64,000 bases of DNA from an uncultured delta proteobacterium (GCA_963847445.1 CAWJZV010000027.1:96001-160000), one strand, 5' to 3'. Positions 1 to 11,836 are shown, counted from the first letter of the stretch. The notes: generated by a model not told the origin, from the letters alone. Numbers and translations: made by a program.

Positions 1-2
1 GC

Positions 3-398
3 GTGATCAATACCCACCTGACTTGGGACCCGCCAACGACCGCCCGCGAGGCGCAGCGTGGCTTGCGTCAATTGCAACAATGCTTGGCGGAGTATCGAAG
101 CCGCAACGCTGAAGCCCACGGGTGGATTATCAGCGGCGATTTCAATGTCACACCTGAAAGTGAGATCGTCGAGCTCGCGTTGCGCGCGGGAATGCAATAT
201 CCCCACCACAATCTGGCCGATGTTTATTCCTGCAACATTGGCGGCCGCGCGCGCCTGATCGATTATCTTTTTTATTCCGCGGGATTGAGCGCCGAGGCGT
301 CAGTGCTGAGCCGGATCGACGACCAGACGATCTTGCCGTCGGCGGAAGAACCGTCGGATCATGTGCCAGTTATGGCAAGGTTCGACTGGAACGACTGA
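3..398 (+). CDS. Endonuclease/exonuclease/phosphatase (EEP) family protein, 3' part (runs off window start)
   Basis: EEP motifs INTHL, IISGDFN, IDYLF, PSDHVPV. Confidence 0.85.
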   Translation: MINTHLTWDPPTTAREAQRGLRQLQQCLAEYRSRNAEAHGWIISGDFNVTPESEIVELALRAGMQYPHHNLADVYSCNIGGRARLIDYLFYSAGLSAEASVLSRIDDQTILPSAEEPSDHVPVMARFDWND

Positions 399-627
399 GC
401 GAGCCACGGTTGCAAGCCCTGTGTGCTGAACTCGTCGACTGAAGTTGGCTCTTCTTCCGGTCATTCCGGCGCAGAGCTTGCCCTGTACTGGATACGGGGC
501 CGGAATCCGGACCTACCATCCACCTGGATACCGTTATTCAGCGGTATGACGGAACGTAACCTCGCCGGATACGTGCCGCTAATTCCCGTCTGACGCCGCA
601 AGACTTCAGCCTGCCCAGCCAAAAACA

Positions 628-2041
628 TCAAGCGAGCTGGTCGAGCTGCCAAGTGGTCCGCAGGCCATTCTGAATTTGCTTGATGATGATGAACGCTTCT
701 TTTAGATGGCGCCGTTCCAAAACCGATAAATCTTTCAAGCGCACGCTGTGATCGACGGGCGTCTTGGCGGCCAACGCCGCGAGTTGCGCGCGCAAACGGA
801 GCTCAAACAGGGATGGAAAGATTTCCGCCAGGGCGGTGGCGTCGCCGGCGCTCAGCACAAGACCGGACTCTCTGGCGACATCGAGCCGTGCCAACGTCGA
901 GCGTTCACGCGAGCCCGCGGCCAAGGCGGCGACCCGGGCCAGTCCGACGATCGGCGCTATGGCGCTTTTTTTAAGATCGACTTTGCCGTTGTCGGTGCGC
1001 AAGCGATTGAAGAATCCCAAAGGCGGATAAAAATCCAGCGCGCCGCGCGCCAGATGGGACAGAAACCGTCGCTCGGATTTTGCAGCGCCGATGATTTCCT
1101 CCAATGTATCCAGCGCAAGCGTTCCTGCGACCGAGCGAAAATCGAAAAAGATCGCCGCGTCGAGCAGCGCTTGCGGCTTGGGCAGGCTGTATCCAGTCGG
1201 TAAACAGCTCTCGCCATGCCGCGAGCGGCTTGCACCAACGAGTTGCCATGAAGCCGCCGGCGCAAGGCGGGAACCCGGCTTCGATCAAAGCATCGACGAC
1301 TTGCTTGGCCAGAGCGGCGAAGTAAGCGCGCGCGGTGTCGGAGTCTTCCTGGTAAATTAACGCATTGTCCTGATCGGTGAGCAGCGTCTGTTCGAGCCGT
1401 CCCTCGGAGCCGAAGACGATCCAAGCAAATGGTGTTGGCGCGGTGCCGAGTTTTTCGACCGTAAGCGCGACCAAACGTTTGACCAGTGCGTCGTTGAGGC
1501 TGGAGACGATCTTGCTGATATGGATCGCCGCCAGGCCGCTGTCGAAGAGCGTATGCACCAAGGTGGCGATCTCTTCGGCGTAATTCACCGCGTGCGAGTT
1601 CTGCCAGTTTTCAATGACGCCGCGCAAATACAGTGGATTGCGGCCCTGATGGAGCAGCAGATCGGTGGCGCTGACTACGCCAATGATCTTTCCTTCTTCA
1701 ACCACCGGTAGATGATGGATATTTTCATCGAGCATGAGACGCAGCGCGGCGAATACCGGCGCGCCGCAATCGATGGTTACGAGCGGGCGTGACAGCACTT
1801 GGGTCACGGGAGTGTCCGGCCCAAGTCCCGGGGCGAGGACCCGACCGCGCAGATCGCGGTCGGTGACGATGCCCGGCGGCTCGCTGGCGATGAGCATGGA
1901 GCCGACGCGGGCGTTCTGCATGGCTTGCGCGGCTTGTTTGACGCTCACGCTGGCGTCAACGAACAGCGGCGCGCGCTTGATCAGATGCTTGACCGGCAGT
2001 GCCAGGTGGGAGTCGGTGATGGTTCTGTCAGAGGTCGCCAT
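628..2041 (-). CDS. CBS-pair plus DUF294 nucleotidyltransferase-like protein (frameshift near 1185)
   Basis: CBS repeats (GIVTDRDLR, IHHLPVVE), FGSEGRLEQTLLTDQDNAL motif, C-terminal VDLKK..IAPIV..AR domain in ORF 628-1104; usual neighbour of VC_2705-type symporters. Confidence 0.85.
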
Positions 2042-2147
2042 GGGATGCGCGGTTGCCTGATTTTACCAGCGCTGATGAGTGATGTTTTCAGTCTAGGATG
2101 AAATGGTTTCCGATAGGTAATATAGCGCAATTGCCGGTTTGGCAGAT

Positions 2148-2426
2148 TCAATTTACCCAATAGCGGCCGGCGAAAACCAGCGCTAACCAGAGTAGACCGT
2201 AGAAAATCAGCGAATAGGAGACGATTTGGTCATTGGTCGCGTCGGGGGATGAATACTTTTTCACGGGTGTTGTCAGTGGTGTGGTGAGCACCCCGAAGAA
2301 CCAGAGCAGCTTGCTTTCCGGCTTGCGGCTCAAGCGCGCGACAATCTTGTGCAAGGCAAGATAGAAAACCGCCATGAAGCAGACGAAGCGTAGTAGAAAA
2401 ACGATTTGCGCGGTTGGTTCGATCAA
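2148..2426 (-). CDS. Small membrane protein (YggT-like)
   Basis: 92 aa, hydrophobic segments, FFGVLTTPLTTPV motif; co-oriented inside the symporter cluster. Confidence 0.65.
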   Translation of the reverse strand: MIEPTAQIVFLLRFVCFMAVFYLALHKIVARLSRKPESKLLWFFGVLTTPLTTPVKKYSSPDATNDQIVSYSLIFYGLLWLALVFAGRYWVN

Positions 2427-2438
2427 GTTACTGGCCGT

Positions 2439-2476
2439 CCACGGCGGCGAGATAAGAGATGATCTCGCCGCCGTGG
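2439..2476. promoter_or_regulatory. Perfect 15-bp stem-loop between the symporter and the next gene
   Basis: CCACGGCGGCGAGAT (2439-2453) pairs with ATCTCGCCGCCGTGG (2462-2476); no clear U-tract, function unknown. Confidence 0.5.
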
Positions 2477-2488
2477 GTAAGTCTTATT

Positions 2489-4429
2489 TTAGTGGGCGCC
2501 TGCCGGCTGCTCGCGTCCCAGCGGATCGCCGGTGGTCGCTTGGCCGCTCTTCGGGTAGCGCACACTGGCGACCAGTTCTTGGACTTCTTTGGGCGGCGCT
2601 GCGGTCATGAGCGAGACGATCCAGATGACCAGGAAGCCCACCGGTAATCCGAAGACCGCCGAGGCGATGGTCTGGGTGCCGAACCAAGATACGTCCGTAG
2701 AAGCGGCTGCCGATCATGTAATAGGCGGTGACAGCCAGACCAGCGATCATGCCCCAACAGGCGCCGGCGCGTTGGCGCGCTTCCACCAGATGCCCATGAC
2801 CAGTGCCGGGAAAAACGACGCCGCCGCGAGGCTGAACGCCCAGGCGACTAATTCGACGATGATCGCAACTCGGAAGGTCGCAACCTAGGCGGCGATTAGA
2901 GCGGTAACGACCAGCAGGATCTTCGTGATCGTTAGTCGCTTGGTCAGCGAGCCTTGCGGATCGATCACGTTGTAATACAAGTCATGTGAGAAATCGCGTT
3001 GGCGATGGTCAGCAACAAACCGTCAGCGGTGGAAAGCGCTGCCGCCAGACCGCCGGCCATGACCAGACCGGTGATGACGAACGGTAGTCCGGCGACCTCA
3101 GGCATCGATAAAACGACGAAATCGGTCGACTTGACCACGAAGTCCGCCCACTGGACGATGCCGTCGCCGTTCTTGTCGACGACTTCGAAGAGCCCGGCCG
3201 GTTGCCAGAGCGTGATCCAGCGCGGCAATTCGGCGATTTTGGTGCCGACCAATTTGACGTAGATCGTGAAACGGGCGAAGGCCGCATAGGCCGGCGCGGT
3301 AAAGTAAAGCAAGAAAGATAAAAAACAGCGACCATGCCACTGAGACGCGCGCTTGGCGAACCGACGGCGTCGTGTAGTAGCGCGTCAGAATATGCGGCAA
3401 TCCCGCGGTGCCGACCATCAAGCAAAAGGTCAGCGCGAGGAAAGTTCCACATGCCGACGCCGCTTGGCACGGTCAAGTATCGGCCAATTGTCGCGTCGTC
3501 GCTCGCTGCCGGGCGCGGTGGCCTGCTGGGTGGCGGTTTTCGCCGCCGCCTTAAGTTTGTCGGTTTCCGCGTCGGTGAGATTGCCCATCTTTGATCTTTG
3601 CATTGGCCTCGTCGGCGTCCTTCTTCCAAAGAGCGCGCGCGTTTCCTTTTCCTTCGCATCACGCGTGATCTCGATCGCCTTACTATTGTTGATTTGCAGA
3701 TAGCCGTCCGTAAATCAATTCAGGAATCGGAATCGAGAAAAGCTGATACGAAAGATACACCACGGGCACCAGATACGAAACGATCAAGATGATGTACTGA
3801 GCAACCTGTGTCCAGGTGACCGACTTCATGCCGCCGAGCACGGAGCAGAACAGCACGCCAATCAGACCGACAAAGACGCCGATTGGAAAAATCCAAGCCG
3901 ATGAAGCGCGAGACGATCAAGCCGACACCGGTCACCTGGGCGATCAAGATACGTAAAAGAGCAGGCGATGGCGGCGACGACGCCGATGATGCGCGCAAGG
4001 TTGCCACCGTAGCGGGCGCCAAGGAAGTCGGGAATCGTGTAGGCGCCGAATTGACGAAGGTAGGGACCTAGGAAGACGGCGAGCAAAAGATAGCCGCCGG
4101 TCCAACCCATCACGTATGCAAGACCGGCGAATCCTTGGGCGGAAAGCGCGCCGGCCATCGATATGAAACGAAGCGGCCGACATCCAGTCCGAGCCCGTGG
4201 CCATGCCGTTATACACCGCCGGCACGCCGCGGCCGGCGACATAGTATTGATCCGGGTTCGACGTGCGCGTGATGATGCCGATGACGATGTAGATGCCCAG
4301 CGACAGGCCCATGAATATCCAGCCGATCCATTGCGGCGACAGGCCGAGAAATTGCTCTGCGAGGCCGATCAAAATCGTGACGCCGAGAAAACAGACGGTG
4401 TACAGTCCGAAGATTTTTCCTAGACTCAT
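2489..4429 (-). CDS. Sodium:solute symporter, VC_2705/ActP-like (multiple frameshifts)
   Basis: YYVAGRGVPAVYNGMATGSDWMSAASF, GWTGGY, YTIPDFLGARYGG, MVGTAGLPHILTRYYTTPSV and GGLAAALSTADGLLL spread over several frames; stop TAA at 2489. Confidence 0.9.
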
Positions 4430-4432
4430 GGC

Positions 4433-4708
4433 TCAGCCCTCCTCTCGGATGCCGTATTTGAGATCCAGCTTGTTCATCAGGTAGGCGTACACGGCGATCT
4501 CGATGACGAAGATCGCCAAAGAGCCCTGCGCGGCCATGTAGTAGCCGAGGGGAAATCCGAGAAAGGAAAATTGATTGAGGCTGGCGGCCCAAAGACCCGA
4601 GATCAGGTAAGTGACGACGAACCAAACGATCAGCAGGATGGTTGTCAGTCTTACGTTGTAACGCCAATAGGATTTCTTTTGTTCCTCCGAGAGATCAGCC
4701 ATACGCAC
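4433..4708 (-). CDS. DUF4212 small subunit of solute:sodium symporter
   Basis: YWRYNVRL...GFPLGYYMAAQGS...MNKLD pattern; immediately upstream of the symporter. Confidence 0.9.
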   Translation of the reverse strand: MRMADLSEEQKKSYWRYNVRLTTILLIVWFVVTYLISGLWAASLNQFSFLGFPLGYYMAAQGSLAIFVIEIAVYAYLMNKLDLKYGIREEG

Positions 4709-5055
4709 CTCCTCGATGCATTTTTGAATCTGTCGCTGCGAGAGAAATCGTCGATCCTCGATGTAATTCCTTCGAGTGGAGCTCAGCGTTACTCGAAACG
4801 AGCGCTACTCGGGGCGGGTTATGTTACCGCGTCTCATGGGTGGCGCTTGTGAATCGCCACCGGACACATGAGAGCAACCGGTAACGCGGGCTTGTAACAA
4901 AGGCAGAGTTCATGTGTCAAGCGGTATTTTAGGGCGGTCAAATTTTACTTGCGCATCTCAGCCGATTTGGACTATAGACCGAGCTAGCCAGCCTGGGTGC
5001 GAGTTTGTCGGGCGAACAATTACCGCATGGTTTGCTATGCGGCGGACACTAACTG

Positions 5056-7316
5056 TTGGCGGGGACGACGCACTTGTTAAGCTTGCTTAAGGTCGCCGCC
5101 TTTGGCCTATTACTAGGGCTAATGGGAAACATCGCAAGTGTTTACGATGAGGTTCGTGAGCTTGAGGAAAATGTCGGCCTGGGGTTGCTCTTTCAATTAA
5201 GAGGCGCCACAAAAGCTCCAGACGACGCGGTCGTCGTCGCTATCGACCGCGAATCTTCTGAACGCCTCAAGCTCCCGAATAATCCTGATCGCTGGCCGCG
5301 CTCCCTGCATGCGCGCTTGATCGAAGCACTCAACCGAGCCGGCGCCCGCGTGATAGTTTTCGATCTCTATTTTGCCGAGTCCAGGTCGCCAGAGGAGGAC
5401 GTGGCGCTCGCCGAACGCGATAAAGAAGGCGGGAAATGTTGTGCTCGCCGAACAACTGAGGTCGAAAGAAGTTACTTCAGCCGTCGATGCTACAGTAGAC
5501 AACGCCGGGCATAAGATTGTCGAAGCATTAAAACCGATCGAATCGTTCTCGCAATCCGCCTTCGCCACAGCGCCGTTCGTGTTGCCGCGCATGCCGGTGC
5601 GGGTGAGCCAGTATTGGACTTTTCAAACCGATGCGGGAGATACACCGACGTTCCCGGTTCTGGCGCTGCAGCTCTATACGCTCCAAGCCTATCCAGATTT
5701 CCGAGCATTGATGGAAAAGGCGAACCCGAAACACGCAGCGCTGCTGCCGCGCGACGCAAGTTCGGCGATCGAATCGACCGGAGCGTCAAAATTCACCAGG
5801 AACTTGAGACAAGTCTTTCGCAGCGATTCTGACCTCGGCGACGCGTTGGCGCATGTCGCTGTTGGCTCCGGCAGCGATCACAGACCGGTAAGTGCGATGG
5901 TCCATCTGTACACCGGTGCGAATCGCCAATACCTAAATTTCTACGGCCCGCCCCGCTCGGTGACCACCCTGCCTTATTATCAAGCCTTGCAGCTCGGCAA
6001 CGATGGCGCCAACGGCGCGCCCATGGACCTGCGCGGAAAAGCGGTTTTCGTCGGACTATCGGAAAACCTGCTCGCCGAGAGACAAGACAGCTTCCATACG
6101 GTTTTTTCCACAACCACAGGCGTTTTTATCAGTGGCGTCGAAATCGCCGCCACGGCATTTTTGAATCTATTGACGAGCACCTCGGTCAAACCGCTCCGCC
6201 CAAGTTATCAAATCGCTACGCTTCTGCTTTGGGGCATGATCGTGGGGCTTATTTGCCGCTTGGCGCCTCCTCTCTCCGCGGCTGTAGCGGTCATTTTGTG
6301 CAGTACCGCTTATGTGTTCGCTGCCAGCTACCAGTTCCGCGCCAACGCCATATGGTTTCCGATCGTTGTGCCGTTGTTTTTCCAGGCGCCTGTCGGCTAT
6401 GTCGGCGCGCTCTTGTGGAACTTTTTCGAGATCAACAGAGAACGCAAGAGAATCACACAGGGCGCTCGGCTATTATGTGCCGGAAGAAGTTGTCACCCGG
6501 GTGGCTAGAGACATGATCGACATCCGTCGATACGGCCAAACCGTTTACGGCACATGTTTATTTGCCGATGTTGCCGGCTACACGCCGGTTTCCGAATCGA
6601 TGACGCCGCGCGACTTGAGCGAGCTGATGCACAATTATCTTGAGGCGGCATTCGAACAGATTCATAAGCAAGGCGGTCTGGTTGTCGAGCTCAAAGGCGA
6701 CTCGATCCTGGCCATTTGGAAAGGGAGCTTGGGCGAGCTGGTGTTCCGGCAAAAGGCCTGCGAAGCCGCTCTCGACATGGCCGAAGCGGTACGCCGCTTC
6801 AATCAATCCACCGACGCCGCGCTCAAACTCCCTACTCGGATTAGCCTTCATGCCGGTCCGATCTTTCTCGGCAACATCGGCGCCGGAACCCACTACGAAT
6901 ATGGCGTGACCGGCGATACGGTCACCACGGCGGCGCGATTGGACGGCTTAAATAAATACCTGGGGAGCAACATTCTGGTATCCGATGAAGTGATGCGCGA
7001 CCTCGATAAATTCCTGACTCGGCCGGTCGGAGTATTTCTCTTGAAAGGCAAGTCCCAACCGATCGTGGCTCATGAATTGATCTGCCGCGCCGGCGACTGC
7101 GCCGACTGGCAAAAAAAAGCTTGCGAGATATTTGCCGAGGCGCGGCAGGCTTTCGAGCGCCGCCTCTGGGACGAGGCCGATGAGAAATTCATGCAGTCGG
7201 ACCAATTGTTTAATGGCGATGGTGTCTCGCGGTTTTATCGTCAGCTTTGTGCCCAGTATCGCTCGAGCCCGCCACCGGAAAACTGGAACGGCACGATAGC
7301 GATGGCTGAAAAATGA
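5056..7316 (+). CDS. CHASE2-domain class III adenylate/guanylate cyclase (frameshifts near 5415 and 6460)
   Basis: CHASE2 motifs VVVAIDRES, WPRSLHARLI, IVFDLYF, SGVEIAA; three TM helices; cyclase motifs LFADVAGYT, KGDSILAIW, YGVTGDTVTTAARL, LKGKS. Start codon uncertain. Confidence 0.9.
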
Positions 7317-7344
7317 TCGCCGTCGTATTGATGTAAGAAATCGC

Positions 7345-10300
7345 ATGACTGAAAGCAGGCGAATCGTGAAAACGCGCAATCAGAAGTTGGTTGTATTTAG
7401 CTTTGCCGGATTAGCGGTATCGTTGCTAGTCACTGGCGGGTTGTCGGCCTCGATCACCTGCGATCGTTGGGTCGCCAGAATGGTTTCCACCCAAGGTCAC
7501 GTCGAGGTCAGCCGCGCCGGCCAGACGCAGTGGCAGCGGGCTACGCTCAACGACACCTACTGCGCCGGCGACCGCGTCCAGGTGGGCGAAAGAAGCCGCG
7601 CCGACATTGCGCTCGTCAACCGCCCGATCATTCGCTTGGAGCAGAACACGACGATTACTTTGGCGGGGCGTCCGGGAGGAAAGACGCTCGGTCATACAAT
7701 TGCTGCGCGGCGCGCTCTATTTCTTCAGCCGTCTATCGGGCCATCTGGAAGTGTCTACGCCGTTTGTCAACGCCGGCGTCGAAGGCACCGAAGGGCTTGG
7801 TCAAAGTCGAATCCGATAGCACTTTGATAACCATCTTCGAAGGCCAGGTCATCGCTTCGAACCCCGCCGGCAGTCTCATTCTCACGAGCGGCCAATCGGC
7901 GATCGCGCGCCAAGGCAGCGCGCCGGTTCTTGACCACCATCGTGCGGCCGCGCGACGCGGTGCAATGGGCGCTCTATTATCCGCCGGTCTTCGATTTTCG
8001 TCCTGAGACTTTTCAAGACCCAACCTGGCAGGCGGTCGCGGCAAACTCGATCGCGGCCTACAAGCAGGGCGATTTTGCCGCGGCCTTCGAAAGCATTAAA
8101 GGCGTGCCGGATACCATCGCAGACCCGAGCTTCTTCAGCTATCGCGCGGCGCTGTTGTTGGCAGTGGGGCGCAGCGACGAAGCGCGCCGAGATGTCGAGC
8201 GGGCGTTGAGTTTGCGTGCCAACGACAGCGCGGCGTTGGCGCTTCAGGCGATTATCGCCGTGGCGCAAAATGACAAAGACAAAGCGCTCGAGGCCGGGCA
8301 AAAAGCGGTTACGGCAAATCCAAAGTCGAGCGCGGCGCTGATCGCGTTGTCCTACGCGCAGCAGGCCCAGTTCGATCTCACCGGCGCGCGCGCCAGTTTG
8401 CAGCAGGCCGTCGCAGTCAATCCCAACGACGCGCTTGCCTGGGCGCGGCTGGCCGAGTTGCATATGTCCTTCGCCGACCTCGACGACGCCCTCGAAGCCG
8501 CGCAAAAAGCTGCGGCCATCGACCCGAATCTGTCCAGAACCCAGACGGTTTTAGGATTCGCTTATCTGACGCAGGTCAAGACTACCGAGTCGAAGAAGGC
8601 GTTCGAACGGGCAATCGAACTCGATCAAGGTGACCCGTTGCCGCGACTGGGTCTTGGCCTCGCGCTCATCCGAGAGGGCGATCTCGACGCCGGCCGCGGC
8701 GAACTCGATATCGCCGTGAGTCTGGATCCGGATAATTCACTGCTGCGCAGCTATCTCGGCAAAGCCTACTACGAAGAAAAGTTGGACAAGCAATCGGCGG
8801 ATCAGTACGAAATGGCAAAGACCTTGGATCCCAAAGATCCGACGCCCTATTTTTACGACGCCATCCGCAAACAGACCACCAACCGGCCGGTCGAAGCGTT
8901 GCAAGACATGCAGAAAGCTATCGAGCTCAACGATAACCGCGCGGTCTACCGTTCGCGCCTGCGAACTCGATTCCGATCTTCGCCGCTCGCAGCGCCAGCC
9001 AAGCGCGAATCTACAGCGATCTCGGCTTCCAGCAATTGGCATTGGTCGAAGGCTGGAAATCGGTCAACACCGATCCGACGAATTTCTCGGCGCATCGGTT
9101 TCTTGGCCGACTCCTATTCTATCCTGCCGCGCCACGAGATCGCCAGGGTCAGCGAACTGCTGCAATCGCAATTGCTGCAGCCACTCAACATGACGCCGAT
9201 TCAGCCGCATCTGGCGGAAAGCAATCTGTTTCTGATCAGCGCTGGCGGTCCAGCGGCTCTCTCGTTCAACGAGTTCAATCCGTTGTTTAACCGCAACGGG
9301 ATTAATTTTCAGACGACGGGTCTCGCCGGCGAGAATAACACCTACGCTGGTGAAGGCGTGCTCTCGGGAATCTATCAGAAAGCGGCCTTTAGTCTCGGTG
9401 GATTTCACTTTCAGACGGACGGCTGGCGCAAGAACGCGGATCAAAAAGATACCATCGCGAATGCGTTTTTACAGTTGGAACTCTCGCCGCAGACGAGCAT
9501 TCAAGGCTGAAGTTCGACGCAGAGAAACTACACGCGGTGATCTTCAACAGAGGTTCTTTCCTGAAGACTTCTTCCCTGGCCTGACAGATAAAATCGACAG
9601 CTATTCGACTATGCGCCTTGGCGGACGTCACTCCTTTTCGCCAGATTCGATTATTCTCGGATCATTTCATGTTTCAAGATCGTCAGCAGAGGTCAAAAAA
9701 CGACTCGCCTTCGCCGCTGTTGATTCGCGGCGACTGCCTCAAAGCGCTTTGGCTTCGAGCTTCAACATCTGTTTCGCTCGCGTTATTTTAATCTCACGAG
9801 CGGAGTTGGATACTTTGATATCGATGGAGAATTACGGGCGACGGTGAAGGATCACTTCTTCCTCCGCCTTTCTTCGTGTAGCTACCACTGATCTTAGGTA
9901 TCCAGCACTTTAACGCTTATACCTATGCGAACATCAGCCTGTTGAACAATGTCACGATCACTGCGGGGGCAGTTTTGATTACTTGAATGGAGTGAACCTG
10001 CGGATTTTTCGGATGGAAGATGTGCATCAGTTCAACCCGAAATTCGGAATTACTTGGAATCCATTACCAAGCGACGACTGTTCGCGCGGCTGATTTCGGG
10101 TCGTTGAAGAGGACGCTGATCACGGACCAGACCCTCGAGCCGACCCAGGTTGCTGGCTTCAATCAGTTCTTATGATGATCTAAACGGAACAAAAGCTTGG
10201 CGCTACGGCGCGGCTATCGATCAGAAATTTACGAAAGATCTGTTTGGAGGCGTGGAATTTTCCAAGCGGGATTAAAAATTCCACTTGATAGATACTACAG

Positions 10301-10766
10301 TCCAGCCCGGAGACGATCCACGATTTCGACGGCAAAGAGTATCTTGGTCGCACCTACTTATTCTGGACACCCCATCCATGGTTGGCGCTCAGAACGGAAT
10401 ATCAGTATGAGGGATTTAGAAATGACTCAGGGCTCGGGCGAACCGACGGAAGATAAATACTCATCGTGTTCCACTGGGCCTAAATTTTTTTCACCCTTCG
10501 GGATTAAGCGCTGTCGCTGGCAGCCACTACTACAATCAAGGCGGCAGGTTTGTTGGACCTTCGGGCAACTGTTGAGTCGGGTACGACGATTTCTGGACAG
10601 TCGATGCGGCGATCAATTACCGTCTGCCGAAGCGATATGGATTCATCACGATTGGAGCGACTAATCTTTTCGACAAAAAATTCAAGTATTTTGAGGTGGA
10701 TCGTGACAACCCGCGTATTCAGCCGGACCGGATGATTTTTTTCGAATTACCCTGGCATTGCCATAA
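7345..10766 (+). CDS. FecR-domain, TPR-repeat, TonB-dependent-receptor-like beta-barrel protein (NsrA-like); many frameshifts
   Basis: Signal peptide; FecR-like GDRVQVGERSRADI and TPFVNAGVEGTE; long TPR run (7930-8950); barrel patches QFNPKFGITWNP, QTLEPTQVAGFNQ, DFWTVDAAINYRLPKRYG...NLFDKKF readable across frames. Confidence 0.85.
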
Positions 10767-10853
10767 GACAAAACTACGCCTACGGAAAGCGAATATGCCC
10801 AGCGGGAAGCGCGATCCGGTCACTTGACTACAAGCTGCGTGCCGATGGAAGAG

Positions 10854-11096
10854 CTAACTGCAGGGCACCTGTACTTTAAAATCACCTATTACCATAAAGC
10901 ACTTTTTAGGTGATTGTGTGATTTCCGTCTCAAATAAAGTATCGACCGCTTTAAGCCCATAGGGACAAGTCTCGAAGTCCTTTCGTTCCGAAGTGGTTAA
11001 AGGGGTGACTTCGACGTCCTTGCTAATTGCTTCTACGCCGACGATTTTTTTCTCACGAATCACCAGTTTGATTTCAACATCGCCTGGTAGTCCCAT
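10854..11096 (-). CDS. 80-aa protein with C-terminal Cys-pair motif (paralog A), unknown function
   Basis: Strong SD AAAGGAGG before ATG 11096; MGLPGD...SPKKCFMVIGDFKVQVPCS; homologous to the adjacent gene. Confidence 0.85.
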   Translation of the reverse strand: MGLPGDVEIKLVIREKKIVGVEAISKDVEVTPLTTSERKDFETCPYGLKAVDTLFETEITQSPKKCFMVIGDFKVQVPCS

Positions 11097-11230
11097 AAAA
11101 AATTCCTCCTTTATTATTGAGTTACGCTGACATAACCACCAGAAGCAACCGCCTGCAAAAATCAGATAGATTCGACCGACCTCGGCACCCGGTCCCAAGG
11201 CGGATCGGCGTTGAGCGACTACGGACAGCG

Positions 11231-11504
11231 CTAACCACAAGGTACCTGTACTTTAAAACCACCGATGATCATATAGCACTTCGTGGCCGTACCAAGTGTT
11301 GCGTCAGGATCTGGTGTCTCATATATCGTCTCGAGTCGGTCTGAGACCATGTAAGCTACGTCTAAATTTTTTTTTCTCGCTGGATTCCAACTCGCTGACC
11401 TGTACATCTGCAGAATTATCTTGGTGTCTCTCCACATTGGAAATATATCCGTCTTTAAATGTGACTATGAGTTTAACGACTTGCGCTACTGCTGGGTCGA
11501 CCAT
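11231..11504 (-). CDS. About 90-aa protein with C-terminal Cys-pair motif (paralog B; one extra base near 11336)
   Basis: SD AAAGGAGG before ATG 11504; removing one base after HGLRP joins the ORFs to give ...HGLRPLETIYETPDPDATLGTATKCYMIIGGFKVQVPCG, colinear with paralog A. Confidence 0.8.
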
Positions 11505-11836
11505 TGTAAATTCCTCCTTTTTGTTACATGAACGAAATTAACGACAATCGCCTAATGATTGATCAGAACCGACAACGGAAGCATAGCCAACAAAAACCTA
11601 CGAATCCTTGACATGGCCGCGACCGGGCCTGGCTTCGATAGACCGCATCGCTGTGACTTTGAAATTCACGGCCAACTCATACTTCCGCGGACTCTAGTCA
11701 CTAGCAGTCTTTTAAGTCAAGGCCAATTTTCGTGCGTATGCTTTGCGGCGGTTGACGGTCAATCCTTACCTGGCGTAGGTTAAGGCTCGGCCAGTCGCCG
11801 CAAATTTTGCAGAGCAAAAGGAGCACGAAGCCAGCC

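Noticed and set aside
10854-11504. Classical RiPP biosynthetic cluster
   Set aside because: No radical SAM, YcaO, LanB/C/M or peptidase-ABC exporter nearby, and no double-Gly leader. Kept only as possible unmodified disulfide peptides.
11652-11670. Possible CRP-type site (TGTGA...TCACG) upstream of the microprotein genes
   Set aside because: The spacer is 9 nt rather than the 6 nt of CRP sites, so cAMP feedback cannot be claimed.
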